A stretch of 64,000 nucleotides of DNA, taken from assembly GCF_001194135.2 (NCBI RefSeq), contig NC_068988.1, positions 28,622,397-28,686,396 on the forward strand, in the 5' to 3' direction. The notes under the pieces were generated by a model that worked only from the letters and a program-made list of their open reading frames with translations, did no database searches and was not told the DNA's origin. This DNA is from Octopus bimaculoides (taxonomy: Eukaryota). The first letter of the stretch is position 1; every line of letters begins with the position of its first letter. The position numbers and the translations under genes were made by a program. This document shows positions 50,545 through 64,000 of the stretch, piece after piece.

Positions 50545-51290
50545 GCTGCATTGCCCAAGCGACCTGGAGGTCTTGGTCTTCGTAAGTGTTCGTCCCTCTC
50601 TCGCCCCTGCTTCCTTTCCTCCACCCACGCCTGCTTCACCCTGGTGAGCAACATCCTCTCCTCTCCAAAATGGACCAATTCCAACAGGGAGTCGGATAAA
50701 GCTCTCCAATACTGGAGGGAATTGTACTTGTAGGCTCCTGAGAAGGTGGAGGACTGTCAGAGTCAGAGAGCTTGGGACAACATAATTTCGAAGGCCACCT
50801 TCGACTCCCTCCAGTTCTCAAGGTGTCGCTTACTGTCTGCTAGCACCAAATACTCAGGTGACTGGATTGATGCCATCCCAGTGGCTAATGTTGGTGGCCT
50901 ACTCACCTTGGATGAACTTCGTGTCTCCATTGCCCTCAGAGTGGGAGCTGACATATGCACGGGTTTGATATGTCGTGGCAGGCTCCTTGACTCCACAGCC
51001 TTTCTTTCCACATGAATGCTGGTTGCTTCATGCGTCAAACGGAGTTGAACCTGATACTCAAGAAGAGCTTGGCCCGGGCAAATATCCCCTTCATCTTGGA
51101 ACCATCTGGATTGTCCAGATGTGATGGGAAGAGACCTGATGGCCTCACCCTGTGCCCCTGGTTGCAAGGCAGATGCTTTATCCGAGATATCACAGTTAAC
51201 ATCTCCTTTGCTTCTTCTCACATCATAAATGCTGCAGTCAGGACGAGATCCACAGCTTCTGCGGCTGAGTGGAACAAAATCCTGAATCTT
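50545..51290 (+). mobile_element. Degenerate CRE-like non-LTR retrotransposon (RT thumb to restriction-like endonuclease)
   Basis: LPKRPGGLGLR...FLSS; SQRAWD; SGDWIDAIP...ELRVSIALRVG..IC; EPSGLSRCDGKRPDGLTLCPWLQGRC..RDITV...AAE, with frameshifts and stops. Confidence 0.8.
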
Positions 51291-52955
51291 CTGGGGTTCA
51301 GAAAGAGGTCTCAGGGAGTAGCGTCCCTGACTTCCTCAGCTAGTTTTTCACCGCATTTCTTAAAAATCCTGGTAGAGGCCGTGGCCTTGGTCTTGGGACC
51401 ACTTGTGTCTAGAAACTGAGGTTGGGGTAAGCAAGGGCATGCTCCCTGTAGAAAATCTAGCTCCAAAAAAGCCTCATGATAGTAAAGGATAATGGGCACC
51501 AGCCAGTTCAAAGGTTGGGGTGGGTTGCACCTGCCTAACTCAGTTGCTATGACACTGAGGTAGATCTGGCCACCCCTGTTAACAGGGACAAAACCCAAAT
51601 TTAAAACACTGGATGATGCTGAAAAACATGTGTGGCCATGGGGAAATATTACTTTACTTAGAAACAGATGAGAGTTAGCAACAGGAAGGGCATCTGGTTG
51701 TAGAAAATTTCATCTCAACAGATTCCATCTGACTCATGCAAGCATGAAAAAGTGGATGTTAAATTATCAAAATGATGATGATGATGATTTTGGGCATATT
51801 TTGTCAATTTGCAATTAGTTTGATATAGCTCATAAAATTTCATTTTTTAGGAGCTCTTTTCTGGAAAACCATACCAAATGCATACAAAATACTGGTATCT
51901 GTGCACCAACATTTAATATACAGAGCATGAATAGACTTAGTATTTATACAAAATTGTTCAGCAAGTAGTTGAGCTATTATTTACCATTGTGTGGAAATAG
52001 TTTATGCATTCCCAGGGATAAATCCATGTATGTATGGTCAAATACAGACACAACAATGACAATTGCTGGTCAGCAAAAATAATCAAGAACCGGTAGTACT
52101 TGACAAACTGAATGGTAAACTTGAAAGTACCCAGGTGAAAATGACTATTGCAAAAGCAGAAATACTATACTTGTGGTGTTCCCAGGTAGCCATTTAGTGT
52201 AAGGGAAATAATCATTTCTTCATATTATTTGGTGGGATTAAAAGTTTGAATTTTAAATCAAGGAACTAAATGCATAGAATATATTTATCTAGTTATCTAT
52301 AGGTGTAGGAGTGGCTGTGTGGTAAGTAGCTTGCTTACCAACCACATGGTTCTGGGTTCAGTCCCACTGTGTGGCACCTTGGGCAAGTGTCTTCTACTAT
52401 AGCCTTGGGGCGACCAAAGCCTTGTGAATGGATTTGGTAGACGGAAACTGAAAGAAGCCCGTCGTATATATATGTGTATGTGTGTGTGTGTGTGTTGATG
52501 ACAGGTATTATTTTGTACACATCCCTATAATGTAGCAGGAACTTGAAACACTGCTTTCCAGTGGCACAGGAGGTGCTTTTATGGAGGCCACACTTTTGTG
52601 TCAGCTGTATAAACCAATTTAGGCTTCGGCACCTGGCAATTAGAGCAAACTCAAGTGCCACCCTGGATGCACACTCTCTAGCTATGCCACTGCTACTTGA
52701 TCCAGCAATATCTTTTGAGTTATGGCTTCTTTATTCCTGTTTTGCTCTGAAAGTCTCACAGACCCTCTAAAAATCGTTATAGATGCTGTCCTTTGATTAA
52801 GCCATAAATTATGGAGGGTGGGAGAAGAATAGAAATTCACACTGACGTAGGGGAAGAGTTTTAGCACTTGACTCTTTCAGCTACTTTAAAGTCCTTTATA
52901 AATTTATAATAATGATTCATGACATTAGCAGCAGGCCACAAATATGTGAATTGCT

Positions 52956-52987
<32 letters not shown>

Positions 52988-53144
52988 TCAGTAATATTTT
53001 TATTGCCTCTGAAAAGGTGAAAGGTGAAGTTGACTCTAGTAGGCTTGCAATTTAAAATCTGGAACAACGGAAGTAAGTATTGAAAGGTATTTCATCCAGA
53101 GTTCAACCCATTTTATCACTTCGCTAATAATTATATTGACATGT

Positions 53145-53503
53145 GCTGGTGTCATGTAAATAGCACCCATGCTGGTGCCACATGAAAGGTACCCACGCTG
53201 GTGCCATACAAAAAGTACTCAAGCTGATGCCACATGAAAAGCACCCATGTTGGTGCCACATGAAAAATACCCATACTGGTACTACAGGAAAAGCACCCAT
53301 GCTGGTGCCAAATAAAAAGCACCCGTGCTGATGCCACTTGAAAAGCACATGCTGGTGCCACATGAAAAGCACCCATGCTGATGCCACTTTAAACGCACCC
53401 TTACTGGTGCCATGTAAAAAGCACATGTGCTAGTGTCATATAAACAGCACCCTTGCTGGTTTCACATACAAAGTACTGTGCTGGTGTCACAGGAAAAGCA
53501 CCA
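53145..53503 (+). repeat. 26-bp minisatellite, 14 units, fused to an RTE tail
   Basis: Consensus GCTGGTGCCACATGAAAAGCACCCAT, 12 units of about 26 bp plus units of 24 and 25 bp; runs directly into the RTE tail at about 53505. Confidence 0.9.
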
Positions 53504-54049
53504 AGTGCACTCTGTAAAGTAGTTGGCATTAGGAAGGGCATCCAGCTGTAAAAGTCATGCCTGTGGTTCTCCAACTGGCCAGCTCCTATCAAACCATGTA
53601 ACCCATACCAGCATGGAAAACAGATGTTAAATGATGATGATGATGATTTCTATAAGCTGTTCATAATGTGGGGAGATTGGGCAGGCATTTACCTACCAAA
53701 GGAACTTATTACCATTGTGGTTACTGAGCCAAGAATTTCAAGTTCAGTTTGAAGTCATGACTCCAAAGATTCAATATTTGCAGCTTGGTTGAGATAGACA
53801 AAGAACAGTGAAATGACACCTTTACTCTTCAAAAGCGAGCAGGAACAGTGTATGTACCCAGGAATAGGACTCCTGATGATTGGATATTAAACTGATTGAG
53901 ACATTGTGTAGATGAAAACACAAATGAAGCAACAGACAGGATATTTTCACTTATCTGAATTATGAAATAAATTACAGGCTTTTTTGTTGTCAGTGTTCTC
54001 TTGTGTTTTGTTACAACCATTCTTAGATGCTACTATATATGTATACATT

Positions 54050-54372
54050 GCCAGTACCGCCTGACTGGCCTTCGTAGGATTTTCGAGTGAGATCGTTGCC
54101 AGTGCCCTTGGACTGGCTCTTGTGCGGGTGGCACATAAAATACACCATTTTGAGCGTGGCCGTTGCCAGTACCGCCTGACTAGCCCTCGTGCCGGTGGCA
54201 CGTAAAAGCACCCACTACACTCTCTGAGTGGTTGGCGTTAGGAAGGGCATCCAGCTGTAGAAACTCTGCCAAATCAGATTGGAGCCTGGTGTTGCCATCC
54301 GGTTTCACCAGTCCTCAGTCAAATCGTCCAACCCATGCTAGCATGGAAAGCGGACGTTAAATGATGATGATG
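54050..54372 (+). mobile_element. RTE 3'UTR-derived short copies (also about 25210-25350 -, 26364-26535 +, 31724-31998 +, 36806-36890 +, 38355-38540 -, 39700-40060 -, 43400-43575 +, 44245-44410 -, 53505-53645 +)
   Basis: Shared sequence gtggcacgtaaaagcacccactacactctc...ggaagggcatccagctgtagaaac...ccaacccatgctagcatggaaagcggacgttaaa(tga)n, the same as the tail of the RTE at 37937-38160. Confidence 0.85.
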
Positions 54373-57059
54373 CTCATTAAGTTTTATTTTAGCATGGCTT
54401 GTATGGCTTCATATTGTTCATGTCCTTCTTACAAGGTGTGCAATATATATATATATGTAATAATAAAAATAATGGTTTCAGATTTTGCCACAAGGGCAGC
54501 AATTTTGGGGGAGGGGATGAGTCAATTACATTGACCCCAGTGTTCAATTGGTACTTGTTTTATTGACTCTGAAAGGATGAAAGGAAAAGTCGACCTTGGT
54601 GGAATTTGAACTCAGAACATAGTGACAAGTGAAATACTGCTAAGCATTTCATTCAGCATGCTAATGATTCTGCCAGCTCACTGCCTTTATATAATAATAA
54701 TGATATCAAATTTTGGCACAAGGCAGCAATTTCAGGAGGGGACAAATCGATTATATTGACCCCAGTGTTCAACCAGTACCTATTTTATCGACCTCAAAAG
54801 AATGAAATGCAAAGTTGATCCTGACAGCATTTGAATTCAGGACGTTAAGCTGGAAGAAATCCCGCTAAGCATTTTACCCAGCATGCTAGTGATTCTGCCA
54901 GCTTGCCACCTTAATGATAATAATCCTTTCTACCATAGGCACAAGGCCTAAAATTTTGGGGGAGGGGACTTGTTGATTACATTGACCCCAGTGCATAACT
55001 GGTACTTATTTCATCAACCCCGAAAGGATGAAAGGCAAAGTCGACCTTGGTGGAATTTGAACTCAGAATGTAATGACAAATGAAATACCACTAAGCATTT
55101 CGCCCGGCGTGCTAACGTTTCTGCCAGCTCCACCACCTTAAGAATAATAATAAGAATGGCTTCAAATTTTGGCACAAAGCTAGCAAGTTTGGGGGAGGGG
55201 GTTAAGTTGCTTACATCAACTCCAGCACTCAGCTGGTGCTTATTTTATTAACCCCAAAAGGATGAATGGCAAAGTTGACTCGGTTTCTTTTATTTGCTAC
55301 GAGGGTAATAGACGAGTGGGCATTACAAAGTCAAATGACAAAAACATGAGAATTTGTAAAAAAAATTAAAAAATGGAAAACAAAATATCTATATAATGAG
55401 CATGAAATGAGATGTCTGATGAAAGGGGCAGCAATCAAAGAGCCCATTAAAGGAAAATTTCATTAAAATTATTCTTTTGAGCCCTAGAACTCCTAAGTCC
55501 GACAACTCAGTTTCCCTGGCGTATAAGTGATATCGCAGCATTCTCCTGAACTTGTAAGGCTCAAGGTTAGTAATTTTTGAGGGGATGGGTCAAGTCAATT
55601 ATATTGACCCTAGTACTCGACTCGTACTTTATCTCATCGATCCCGAAGGAATGAAAGGCAAAGTTGACTTTGGCGGAATTTACGAAGCATTTTGTCTTAT
55701 TTGCTAACGATCCTGCCAGCTCACTCGCAAGTGCCCTCTCCTAATTGTATTCCCCGCCCCAAACGCACGTGTTGAGTGCAGGTCCATTCACACCTATCTT
55801 TTCGCAAATTTACAGAAGGGCAGCAACTCCCTCAATCAGTGGATCTGGAAGAAGTTGAGAACTTGCCTGAAGAATAAAGTGTTTAAGTCCTTTTAAACTT
55901 ATCCGCCGTAAGTCCTCTTCACACAACCACCAAACGGGAAAAGTCTTTGCTTTTCCTGGCTAAAGGAAGGTAGTGAGGTTTTGGTGATACAGACGACAGA
56001 CTCGCTTGACCAGGAACCGTCTTTATATGACATCGGTTATTCGACAGAGCTACGCAAGTCAGCAATGCTCGCCACTCTGCACCCATCTTAGATCATGTAC
56101 TACTGTTATAAATACGAAGAACCCATTGGCTAATATAGATACAGTCTAAATAAACGAATTGATCATAGCTAGCCTGGGACCAAACATTAACTTTTAAAAT
56201 AATAAATGGCCAAATCAGTTTAAGGATTATCTTGGAGAGTATAGTATATTTTATTTTCAAATGAAGTGAATTCTTTCAGTGTATTCATTTTTTAAATACA
56301 CACCATCAACAGGGCTCGAATACAGAAGAATTAAATTTCGAATTTCACTGACATGCATATAACGTTGTCATTTATTTCACAATTAATTTCACACACATTA
56401 ATGATATTTCCAAATTCATCAATTCCAAACACAAGTCTATTTAGGATCATATGTTGAAGAAATTTAAGGTCGAGTGAAAATAATACATGTAGAAAAAATA
56501 TATATAAACAAGGGAAATCACTCCTGCTATACTATGAGGTCAAACTCGACTTTCGATCGGTGAGGGGAAAGTTTTGTAAAACTGAAAGTTAACAAAATAA
56601 ATAAAGAAAATAACATAATTTTAATAAAGAAATCTTGCTTGGTAATTTTGACAAGTTGTCCTTGTTTCATTTATGCCTAATTGCAAGCTGATCAGGTGGA
56701 ACAGATCAAAATAAAAAAGGAGGTAACCAGGTCGATATTGGCGTGCGCATTTAACCAAGCACCGCGAATTTAACTCCACTCTGTCATACTGCTTTGTATA
56801 AACGTTTGGGTATATTGCGTATATCTTGTCATTCAGTAAGATGAAAAAACTTAGGTGGTACAGTTTCAATTCTTTTCGCTACTCAACACAGTATTTAGAT
56901 TTGGAGCGGGCTATCAATGTCGCAACTATCTTAGTGTGTATACGAGTTTAGTTTAAATAAAGGGGACGCAATGTTTTTAAAACAATGTTGTTATATCCTT
57001 AGAAAAAATTAAATCAAAAGTTGAATTCCTACTTTTCCTTCCACGAAAATTAGTTTGTT

Positions 57060-57287
57060 CAACACCTTAATTCCTTTGACTCCATGTAGAACATACGGTG
57101 CTTTTTTGCAATGGATTGCAGATGTTCCCAGGTGCAGCTACCCGCCAGTGTGCTTCAGTTTCTGTGAATCTTTCCCATGTTGTTTTTGGTCAGCCACGCT
57201 TTCGTCTCTTTTGGTGTGTAATTCAAGAGGCTTGCCTTTTAATGTTGGAGACAAGTTACTGTAGGATGTGTCCCAGCCAATCCCATT
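57060..57287 (-). mobile_element. Fragment of a second RTE-type LINE lineage
   Basis: Minus frame WDWLGHILQ*LVSNIKRQAS*ITHQKRRKRG*PKTTW resembles the RTE C-terminal W.W.GH.LR...RKRGRP..TW motif; adjoins an N-gap. Confidence 0.6.
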
Positions 57288-58728
57288 NNNNNNNNNNNNN
57301 NNNNNNNNNNNNNNNNNNNNNNNNNNNNNNNNNNNNNNNNNNNNNNNNNNNNNNNNNNNNNNNNNNNNNNNNNNNNNNNNNNNNNNNNNNNNNNNNNNNN
57401 NNNNNNNNNNNNNNNNNNNNNNNNNNNNNNNNNNNNNNNNNNNNNNNNNNNNNNNNNNNNNNNNNNNNNNNNNNNNNNNNNNNNNNNNNNNNNNNNNNNN
57501 NNNNNNNNNNNNNNNNNNNNNNNNNNNNNNNNNNNNNTCAGTTTATTTTTTAATTTTGTATTTAGCCGACGCAAGTTCAGGATTTTCGCTTCGTTACATA
57601 TAGTTTTATTTAGGACTACTATAATCCCTGAAAAACATTTTAGCTTGTTTGATTTAATATATCAAATAACTAGCTTTTCAACTGAATACTTTTCATTAGG
57701 ATTAACAGATAACTAAAAAACAAACATCGAGTATTTTACTGTTTAGAACATTTAAAAAGTTTATTACACTATTTTTGTTTGGACACTATCGCCAAATTCT
57801 AAGTAACCTATTTTGAAGCAGTTTTGAAATATATTTTTGGTTACTAACGGTGGCGATGATGAAAATAAGAATCCACCTAAAAGCTTCAGATTTCTTCACT
57901 TGTTGAAATTCATTTACCTGCATGATCAATAGTTTTTGGCTGTTTATTTCTTGTGCGGATAGCTTCCATGTTGATACATTCCAAAATCAGATTCATAGCT
58001 TCATCGTTGCTTCCTATTTTTTTCCTTACTTTTACTCTATTTTTGATAACTTTAAATCAAATGCCTTTTTTTTTTTCTTTTTCAGAATTCAGATAATGCT
58101 TCTTATACCATACTGCGATTCTATAAACTTTAGTAGATGAAATACAGTAACTATTGTTATCAACTAACTAGGGGGGTGCACTAATACTACGATCAAAAGT
58201 GTTTTTTTATATTAATAGAAACATTTAAAGCTGTTTCACTCAGCACGCAGAAATCCAACTACTTCCGTCTCTGTCTTTTGCTCGACTCAATACCTCTGAT
58301 CCTCCTACATTTGCCCTTATACTTGTCACTACATTGCTACCTTCGCTACACACATTCCTCTCACTACAACCCCCTCTTCTCTTCTCTTCCTGTTTCTTTC
58401 AATCAGCCTAGATTACGCCACTGCTGTCACTATCTTCGTCTCTTTACTCTATCTATCTATCTCTTATTCCTCCGCCCCCTTTTTATCCTCTCTCCTAGTG
58501 TTCACCCTCCTTCAAGTGAGATTTCATTCCTCTTTTCTCTCACTCTGTCTAATTCTATCGCTTTTTCTTTACCTCTCCTCTTACTAAATTTGCTTATAAT
58601 CTGTTATTTCTCCCTCACTATTTCCCCTTCTCTCTCTCCGTCTATATGTTTCTAGCTCTGTCTTTCTATTCTCCTCTTCCTTCCGTCTGCTTGTATTCAC
58701 CTCGTTTGCTTTAACTACAACAATCCGA

Positions 58729-58737
58729 ATGGTAAGT
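58729..58737 (+). CDS. Candidate start-codon-only first exon of a downstream gene
   Basis: caatccgaATG|GTAAGT, a consensus donor directly after an ATG, preceded by a long CT-rich tract (58260-58680). No downstream coding exon identified in the window. Confidence 0.35.
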
Positions 58738-59881
58738 CTGCATTTTTGTTTTTTTTCTTCTTGCTATCAAGAGAAAAACTAAATTTCCACACACCCCCAT
58801 ATGTTTTTACTACGTGTGTATATGCATGTTTGTTTGTATACTTATCTGCCACCGGACCCTGACTATTTTTATTTAGAGCTGTTCATGGTGGGCGATAGCT
58901 CTATAGTAGCACTTATGGAGCTACTATGCCCGACTATGTGTATACGTTTGTCTCGAAACCTTTTCTATCTGTGAGCCTGTCTCTCTTGTTAGGATCTCCA
59001 TCTGCTGATAAACGGACTTAGTAAAGACAGAGGAGACGGTTGGATGTTCATTCCAGTCGGTAGTCACTTCATCCAAAATAGAACTGAAGGCCTTGTTTTT
59101 GTTTGTATATTTCGCTGTCGTGGAGTTGGCATCCGCTTCGTGCTACGATCGCCAGAGAAGCTCTTTTAACCTGCCACTAACACACGACTACGGTAGGTCG
59201 TAAATGAAACCTCACCCCTCTCCATCTAGTCTAACATGTTTTCTCCACTATAGGGCTCCGGAGGTGGTGGATATAAAAGGAAAAGAAACAAGAGGCTAAT
59301 GAATGGTGTCCACAATTTTGGGAATCCCTTTACTTTTCTATCCACAAACATTGCTATGACCTACTTGCTATTTCATCCTTTGTTCTTTTCTCTCCATCCG
59401 CCATATTTTGCTTGTTACTCTTACTCGCTCTACTTCCCTCTCTTACAAACGCACATACGCAGACACACTCTGTCATAACTAATACTCTTTCTCTTTCACT
59501 CCCCTCTCTTTCTCTTTCACTCCCCTCTCTTTCTATCCCTCCTCTCTTATGAATCTATTTTCTTTCTATCTCATTTTCACATATTCTTTTATTTCTTGTC
59601 ATTATACTATTTTCTCTTTACCTATTTTCTTTCTATCCCCTTTCTACGTATTCTTTTAGTTCTTGTCATTATTTTACTTACTTACGATTCCTTCTGCATG
59701 TTTCCATTATATTTCTTTCTCTCTCTCATTCTCTCCGTCCTGCAGACTTAAGAATCCAACTTAAGACTAAGGCTTTTGTTTTTCTTTCAGTTTTACAAAA
59801 CTGATCTGTTTACATTTAACTATTTATCATACATACCCACCTTCCCTTCACTCTCTTCCTCTCTCTATATCCAATTCGTTA

Positions 59882-59926
<45 letters not shown>

Positions 59927-61538
59927 GATTCAATCGCTCGAATTACTTATCAAGAATTGGGTTTGGGGTGACAGTATATTGTTTGATGTATCTGGGTTCT
60001 CGATGATGTCTCATGTTTGTTGGTGGTATGCTACATATGCACGCAGATTCATACACCTGCTGTAGTTCATTTCTGGACATCGCACCTTCCATTCCTTCGG
60101 CCATGTTCGGCAGCACGCACTTGTCTCAGGGGAAAAAAAAAAACATCTACCACCCTTCCCTCTTTTAAAATTTTTATTATTTCTTAAGGATCACTTGTGT
60201 GTACGCACACGCTTTCACACATCCACATTTTCACATGTACATACAGCATAGTAAGAACACAATTAAGCACCAATAGTCACTGTTTTTTAATTAGTAAAAA
60301 ATACCAAAATAGAAGCAGCAGAAATATAAATAACGAGAGAAAATATAAAAAGAAAAGCAATCCAAACTACACTATTTTGTTGATGTTTTGGGTTATGCGT
60401 TATATTTCTATTCCAAACTTATTTTCAACGTTTCTTTGAAACATTTTAGCAGAATTGTATTCAATATGTTTTGCAAAGAGTCGAAAATAATCGCAATGGT
60501 TTCTGAAAGAAACAGATAGTCCCTGATTTTGTGTCCAGTTCAGTTTAGTCGGGTTGGCAACGACTGCTGCTTGTTCGCCGATAATCTAGTTCGTTGGTCA
60601 CATAGTTGAGTGTGTTACTAAATCCATACTCGATGAAACAGCATGCATTCCAGCAACTGCAACTAAGCACAACACACAGTAGTGTTTGTGATGTGGAAGG
60701 GTGTGACTCGACATACACTACATGCTTTCTCTCTCTCTCACCGTTTATGTCGCTAACAACGTGCGCGTTATGTGTATCGGAGTCGAATAGAACCCATCGT
60801 ATGTAGTATATATATATATACATAAGTATAGTATCTTCTCTGTTTTGTGCTCCCGTTAAGTCCGTGATTTTGTGTGGTGCATGCTTTTGTGTTCTGTATA
60901 CTTTCGCAACGTCTATTCTGTCTATACTACGGCAACATATTGTAGTCTAATGTTAGTTGCCAACTAGACACTGCAACTGTAAGACTAACTAAAATAGCGT
61001 GCCGTATGAGATTTCACTTAATTACATTTTCATTAATGCCGTTATTCAATTCAGCGCAGGATAGACACGAAAAGGGACGAGATTGGAACCGTCGCATCAT
61101 TAATTTATTAAAAGGGAACGAAACGAGATCGTTTTAGTAGTGGTGGACTTATTTATCCTGTCTTTTGCACTTATGGTATCTTAATTAATTGTACACCTTT
61201 AATGCACACATGCGTAGGAGTCAAAACACAACTATGATATATATATATATATATCGTTTGTAGAAAACAAATCCGAATGAAGCACACTCGAAGATGTAGA
61301 GCAGTATATATTATATATTTAATATATATANNNNNNNNNNNNNNNNNNNNNNNNNNNNNNNNNNNNNNNNNNNNNNNNNNNNNNNNNNNNNNNNNNNNNN
61401 NNNNNNNNNNNNNNNNNNNNNNNNNNNNNNNNNNNNNNNNNNNNNNNNNNNNNNNNNNNNNNNNNNNNNNNNNNNNNNNNNNNNNNNNNNNNNNNNNNNN
61501 NNNNNNNNNNNNNNNNNNNNNNNNNNNNNNNNNNNNNN

Positions 61539-61578
<40 letters not shown>

Positions 61579-63264
61579 TCTATGGCTTTCTGTAATGCAA
61601 TAATAGCGCAGTAGAGTTTATCTAAAAGAATGTTATAAGGACGATAGTGAAAGAAACCTAATAATTGCGTTGTCAATCTGGGAAGCCACCATTGTACACT
61701 CTTTCATTGCGCTTGTACTTTAGACTATCACAGTTGGTTGCTTAAGTAAACTATTTATTTTCCTCCGCGTGTAGTTTTGTAATTTTTGTGTATTAGTTCG
61801 AGCTACACACCCGTTTGCATTCGATTTATCTCTCCCCATTTACCCTAATTCAAGCTTAATGAATCTTGTATTTATTTTTTTTTACTCGCAACTTAACTCA
61901 GTGCGATGTTGGAAACAGTTGATTGCGTTATATGTAGTCCGTCTACCCAGCCGATCAATAATGTTGATTTGTAGCCCCATTTTAACTCAACCCAGTAGTT
62001 TGTAGTAGTAATTTAAAGTAGTGTGGAAAACATCAGTGTAGCTTTAGTTTCGTTCATGTTTGCATATCATCTATGTATACATGTACAGGGAGTGTGCCCC
62101 GAGTTATTTGAATCTCTCTTTCCCCATCTTTACCAATATAAAACTATCGTGTATATTTTAAAAAATCTAGTTTGTAAACACAAGCGTTTACCTGATTGTA
62201 TATTTAGTTGCTGATATTATTTTGTTTTAGGTCAGCTCGAACTGAGCAGATTTATCATCAAATATGTTCCTACCGTGACCTCATCTTTTTATTCAGCTAC
62301 AGCGTGCATTGAAGAATACATTATCTGTAGGGTGTGATACAAGTGAGATTTGGCTGTTGTTTTTAGTAGGTCGGATGACCACACAGCTGCGCTTCCAATG
62401 GCTCCTACGTATATCATGTTTGTGTCTCTAGATTTGGATACTTCTTAGGAATCAGATTGTCCCAAACGGTTCCGTTTACCAAATTGTTTACAATAGCAAA
62501 CTTTCGACCCTCCTGATTCTTTGGTTCATATCTCGTTCTGACTGACATTGTTATATTTTTCTGGGATGGAAGCGGTTTAATTGAATAGTTACCAGCAATA
62601 TGTTGGACAAAATCAATCGGTTGCTTATAATCAATAACTGTGTTTATAAGGAAACACTACCTATCAAGCAAAATTGCTTATTTTCATTTTTGAGTCTGAT
62701 TTTTAGGTCAAGAATATAGACTAGGTTGTGATTTGCTTGCTTTTTCTAACACACGTCATTAGATTTCGTTGCTCGTGTTTAAGCCTTAATTTGGTCCTGC
62801 TTAGGTAAGTCTATTGATTAGGAGCATCCACCTGAAACCATCTTCGATATCTTTTCAAGCATAGTGTATCCGATATGTTTTTTATTAACAGATAAAATTT
62901 ATTTTTGAAAGACGATACGGTGTAATTTGAGAAAGATTTGGTTACTACATATTACAGGTTCAGCGGTCTTGTCTCCTCGGTGGCATTAATGATGTAATCA
63001 GGTAAAAATGATTATGATAAAAAAAAAAAATCAAAGCTAGCCGAGTTGTGTGAATTTAGTTCGCAGGAACTCATTTGAGTTAATTAAAAAATTTCGAGTT
63101 GTAGTTCTTGTGTATCATATATTCCTGTTCTAAAAAAAGAAAGGGAGAATAAAATAGCTCCCCGCTCAACCAAGAAAAACACGTGTATTTATGTCAGTGT
63201 ATGTGTCTGAATGTCAAAGGTCATATGATTTGATTATTACTGTTTTATGAGCTGTTGATTTTAA

Positions 63265-63295
<31 letters not shown>

Positions 63296-63305
63296 NNNNN
63301 NNNNN

Positions 63306-63335
<30 letters not shown>
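63265..63335. repeat. (TAG)n microsatellite spanning a 10-N gap
   Basis: Direct read. Confidence 0.9.
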
Positions 63336-63336
<1 letters not shown>

Positions 63337-64000
63337 ATAATAATAGATTAGTGTTTACCGAAGTAGTTTGCAGGTAGTGACAGTCGTTAGTTACTATAGT
63401 TACATTTAAGCTAGTATTTATTTATTTGTTTATCTTTGTATTATCGCTTCTACTACCAGTGCTGCTGCTGTTACTATGACCAAACCTACGAGATGTGTCT
63501 CAACGTGGTCGTTCTACATGCTAGATTTAGCACGATAATCTCTCTCAGATCATATCCTTTCGTCATAAAAAAAACAACAAAAACAAACGGAAGGAATCAA
63601 TGGGTAAACAAATGCGATGGTCAAGGCTGGAACGTCTTTGGTCATAGGTTTTGCTTGATCAAGGTTAATGGCTAAGCAGCAACCGCTCCGAAAATAACAT
63701 CGGGTTTGCTCCCTCTGTGAAGTATGGGAATTAATAATGGAGATAACTGTTAATTATTCACTTCAACTTGTGTCATGTTAATTAAAATCTTAATTATTTC
63801 TGACAAAGGATTCACTCCGAAATGTCGCTTATGTCTTTTTATTCACCGCACACTGAGCTACCTCAATATTCGTGATAAAATGATAAGAACAATCGCCTTC
63901 CATGGTTATTTTTCATCTCGTATTAACTCCTTTCACTACTGGTTTGAACCAACCAGGAAGTTATGTGGTCATTCTATCAGCTGGAAATAGCAGCCAAACT

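Noticed and set aside
53145-53503. Regularly spaced 26-bp repeats superficially like a CRISPR array
   Set aside because: The units are contiguous tandem copies without unique spacers, in eukaryotic DNA with no cas genes.
56621-56869. 82-aa ORF with a signal-peptide-like start and Cys residues
   Set aside because: It starts at TTG, has no recognisable motif and no supported splice partners.

Overview
AT-rich, repeat-dense metazoan genomic DNA with seven N-gaps. The tRNA-derived SINE families, RTE LINE tails ending in (GAT)n and (TA)n microsatellites suggest an octopus/cephalopod; this is inference. Three spliced protein-coding genes can be built by hand. (1) On the minus strand, the 5' part of a MetX/Cys2-family serine O-acyl(succinyl)transferase with a mitochondrial-type presequence (exons 7218-6995, 3143-2930, 1987-1875), continuing off the left edge. 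(2) On the plus strand, a multi-exon gene of unrecognised function (CDS about 18263-24749). (3) On the minus strand, a complete six-exon ALYREF/THOC4 gene (48843-31572, 270 aa). A further plus-strand gene may begin at an ATG|GTAAGT first exon at 58729. The rest is mostly mobile DNA: mariner, Merlin/IS1595, RTE and CRE-type RLE relics, several MITEs (one carrying inverted telomeric repeats), three SINE families, LINE-tail copies and simple repeats. Most six-frame ORFs are spurious. No rRNA, true tRNA or CRISPR features were seen.
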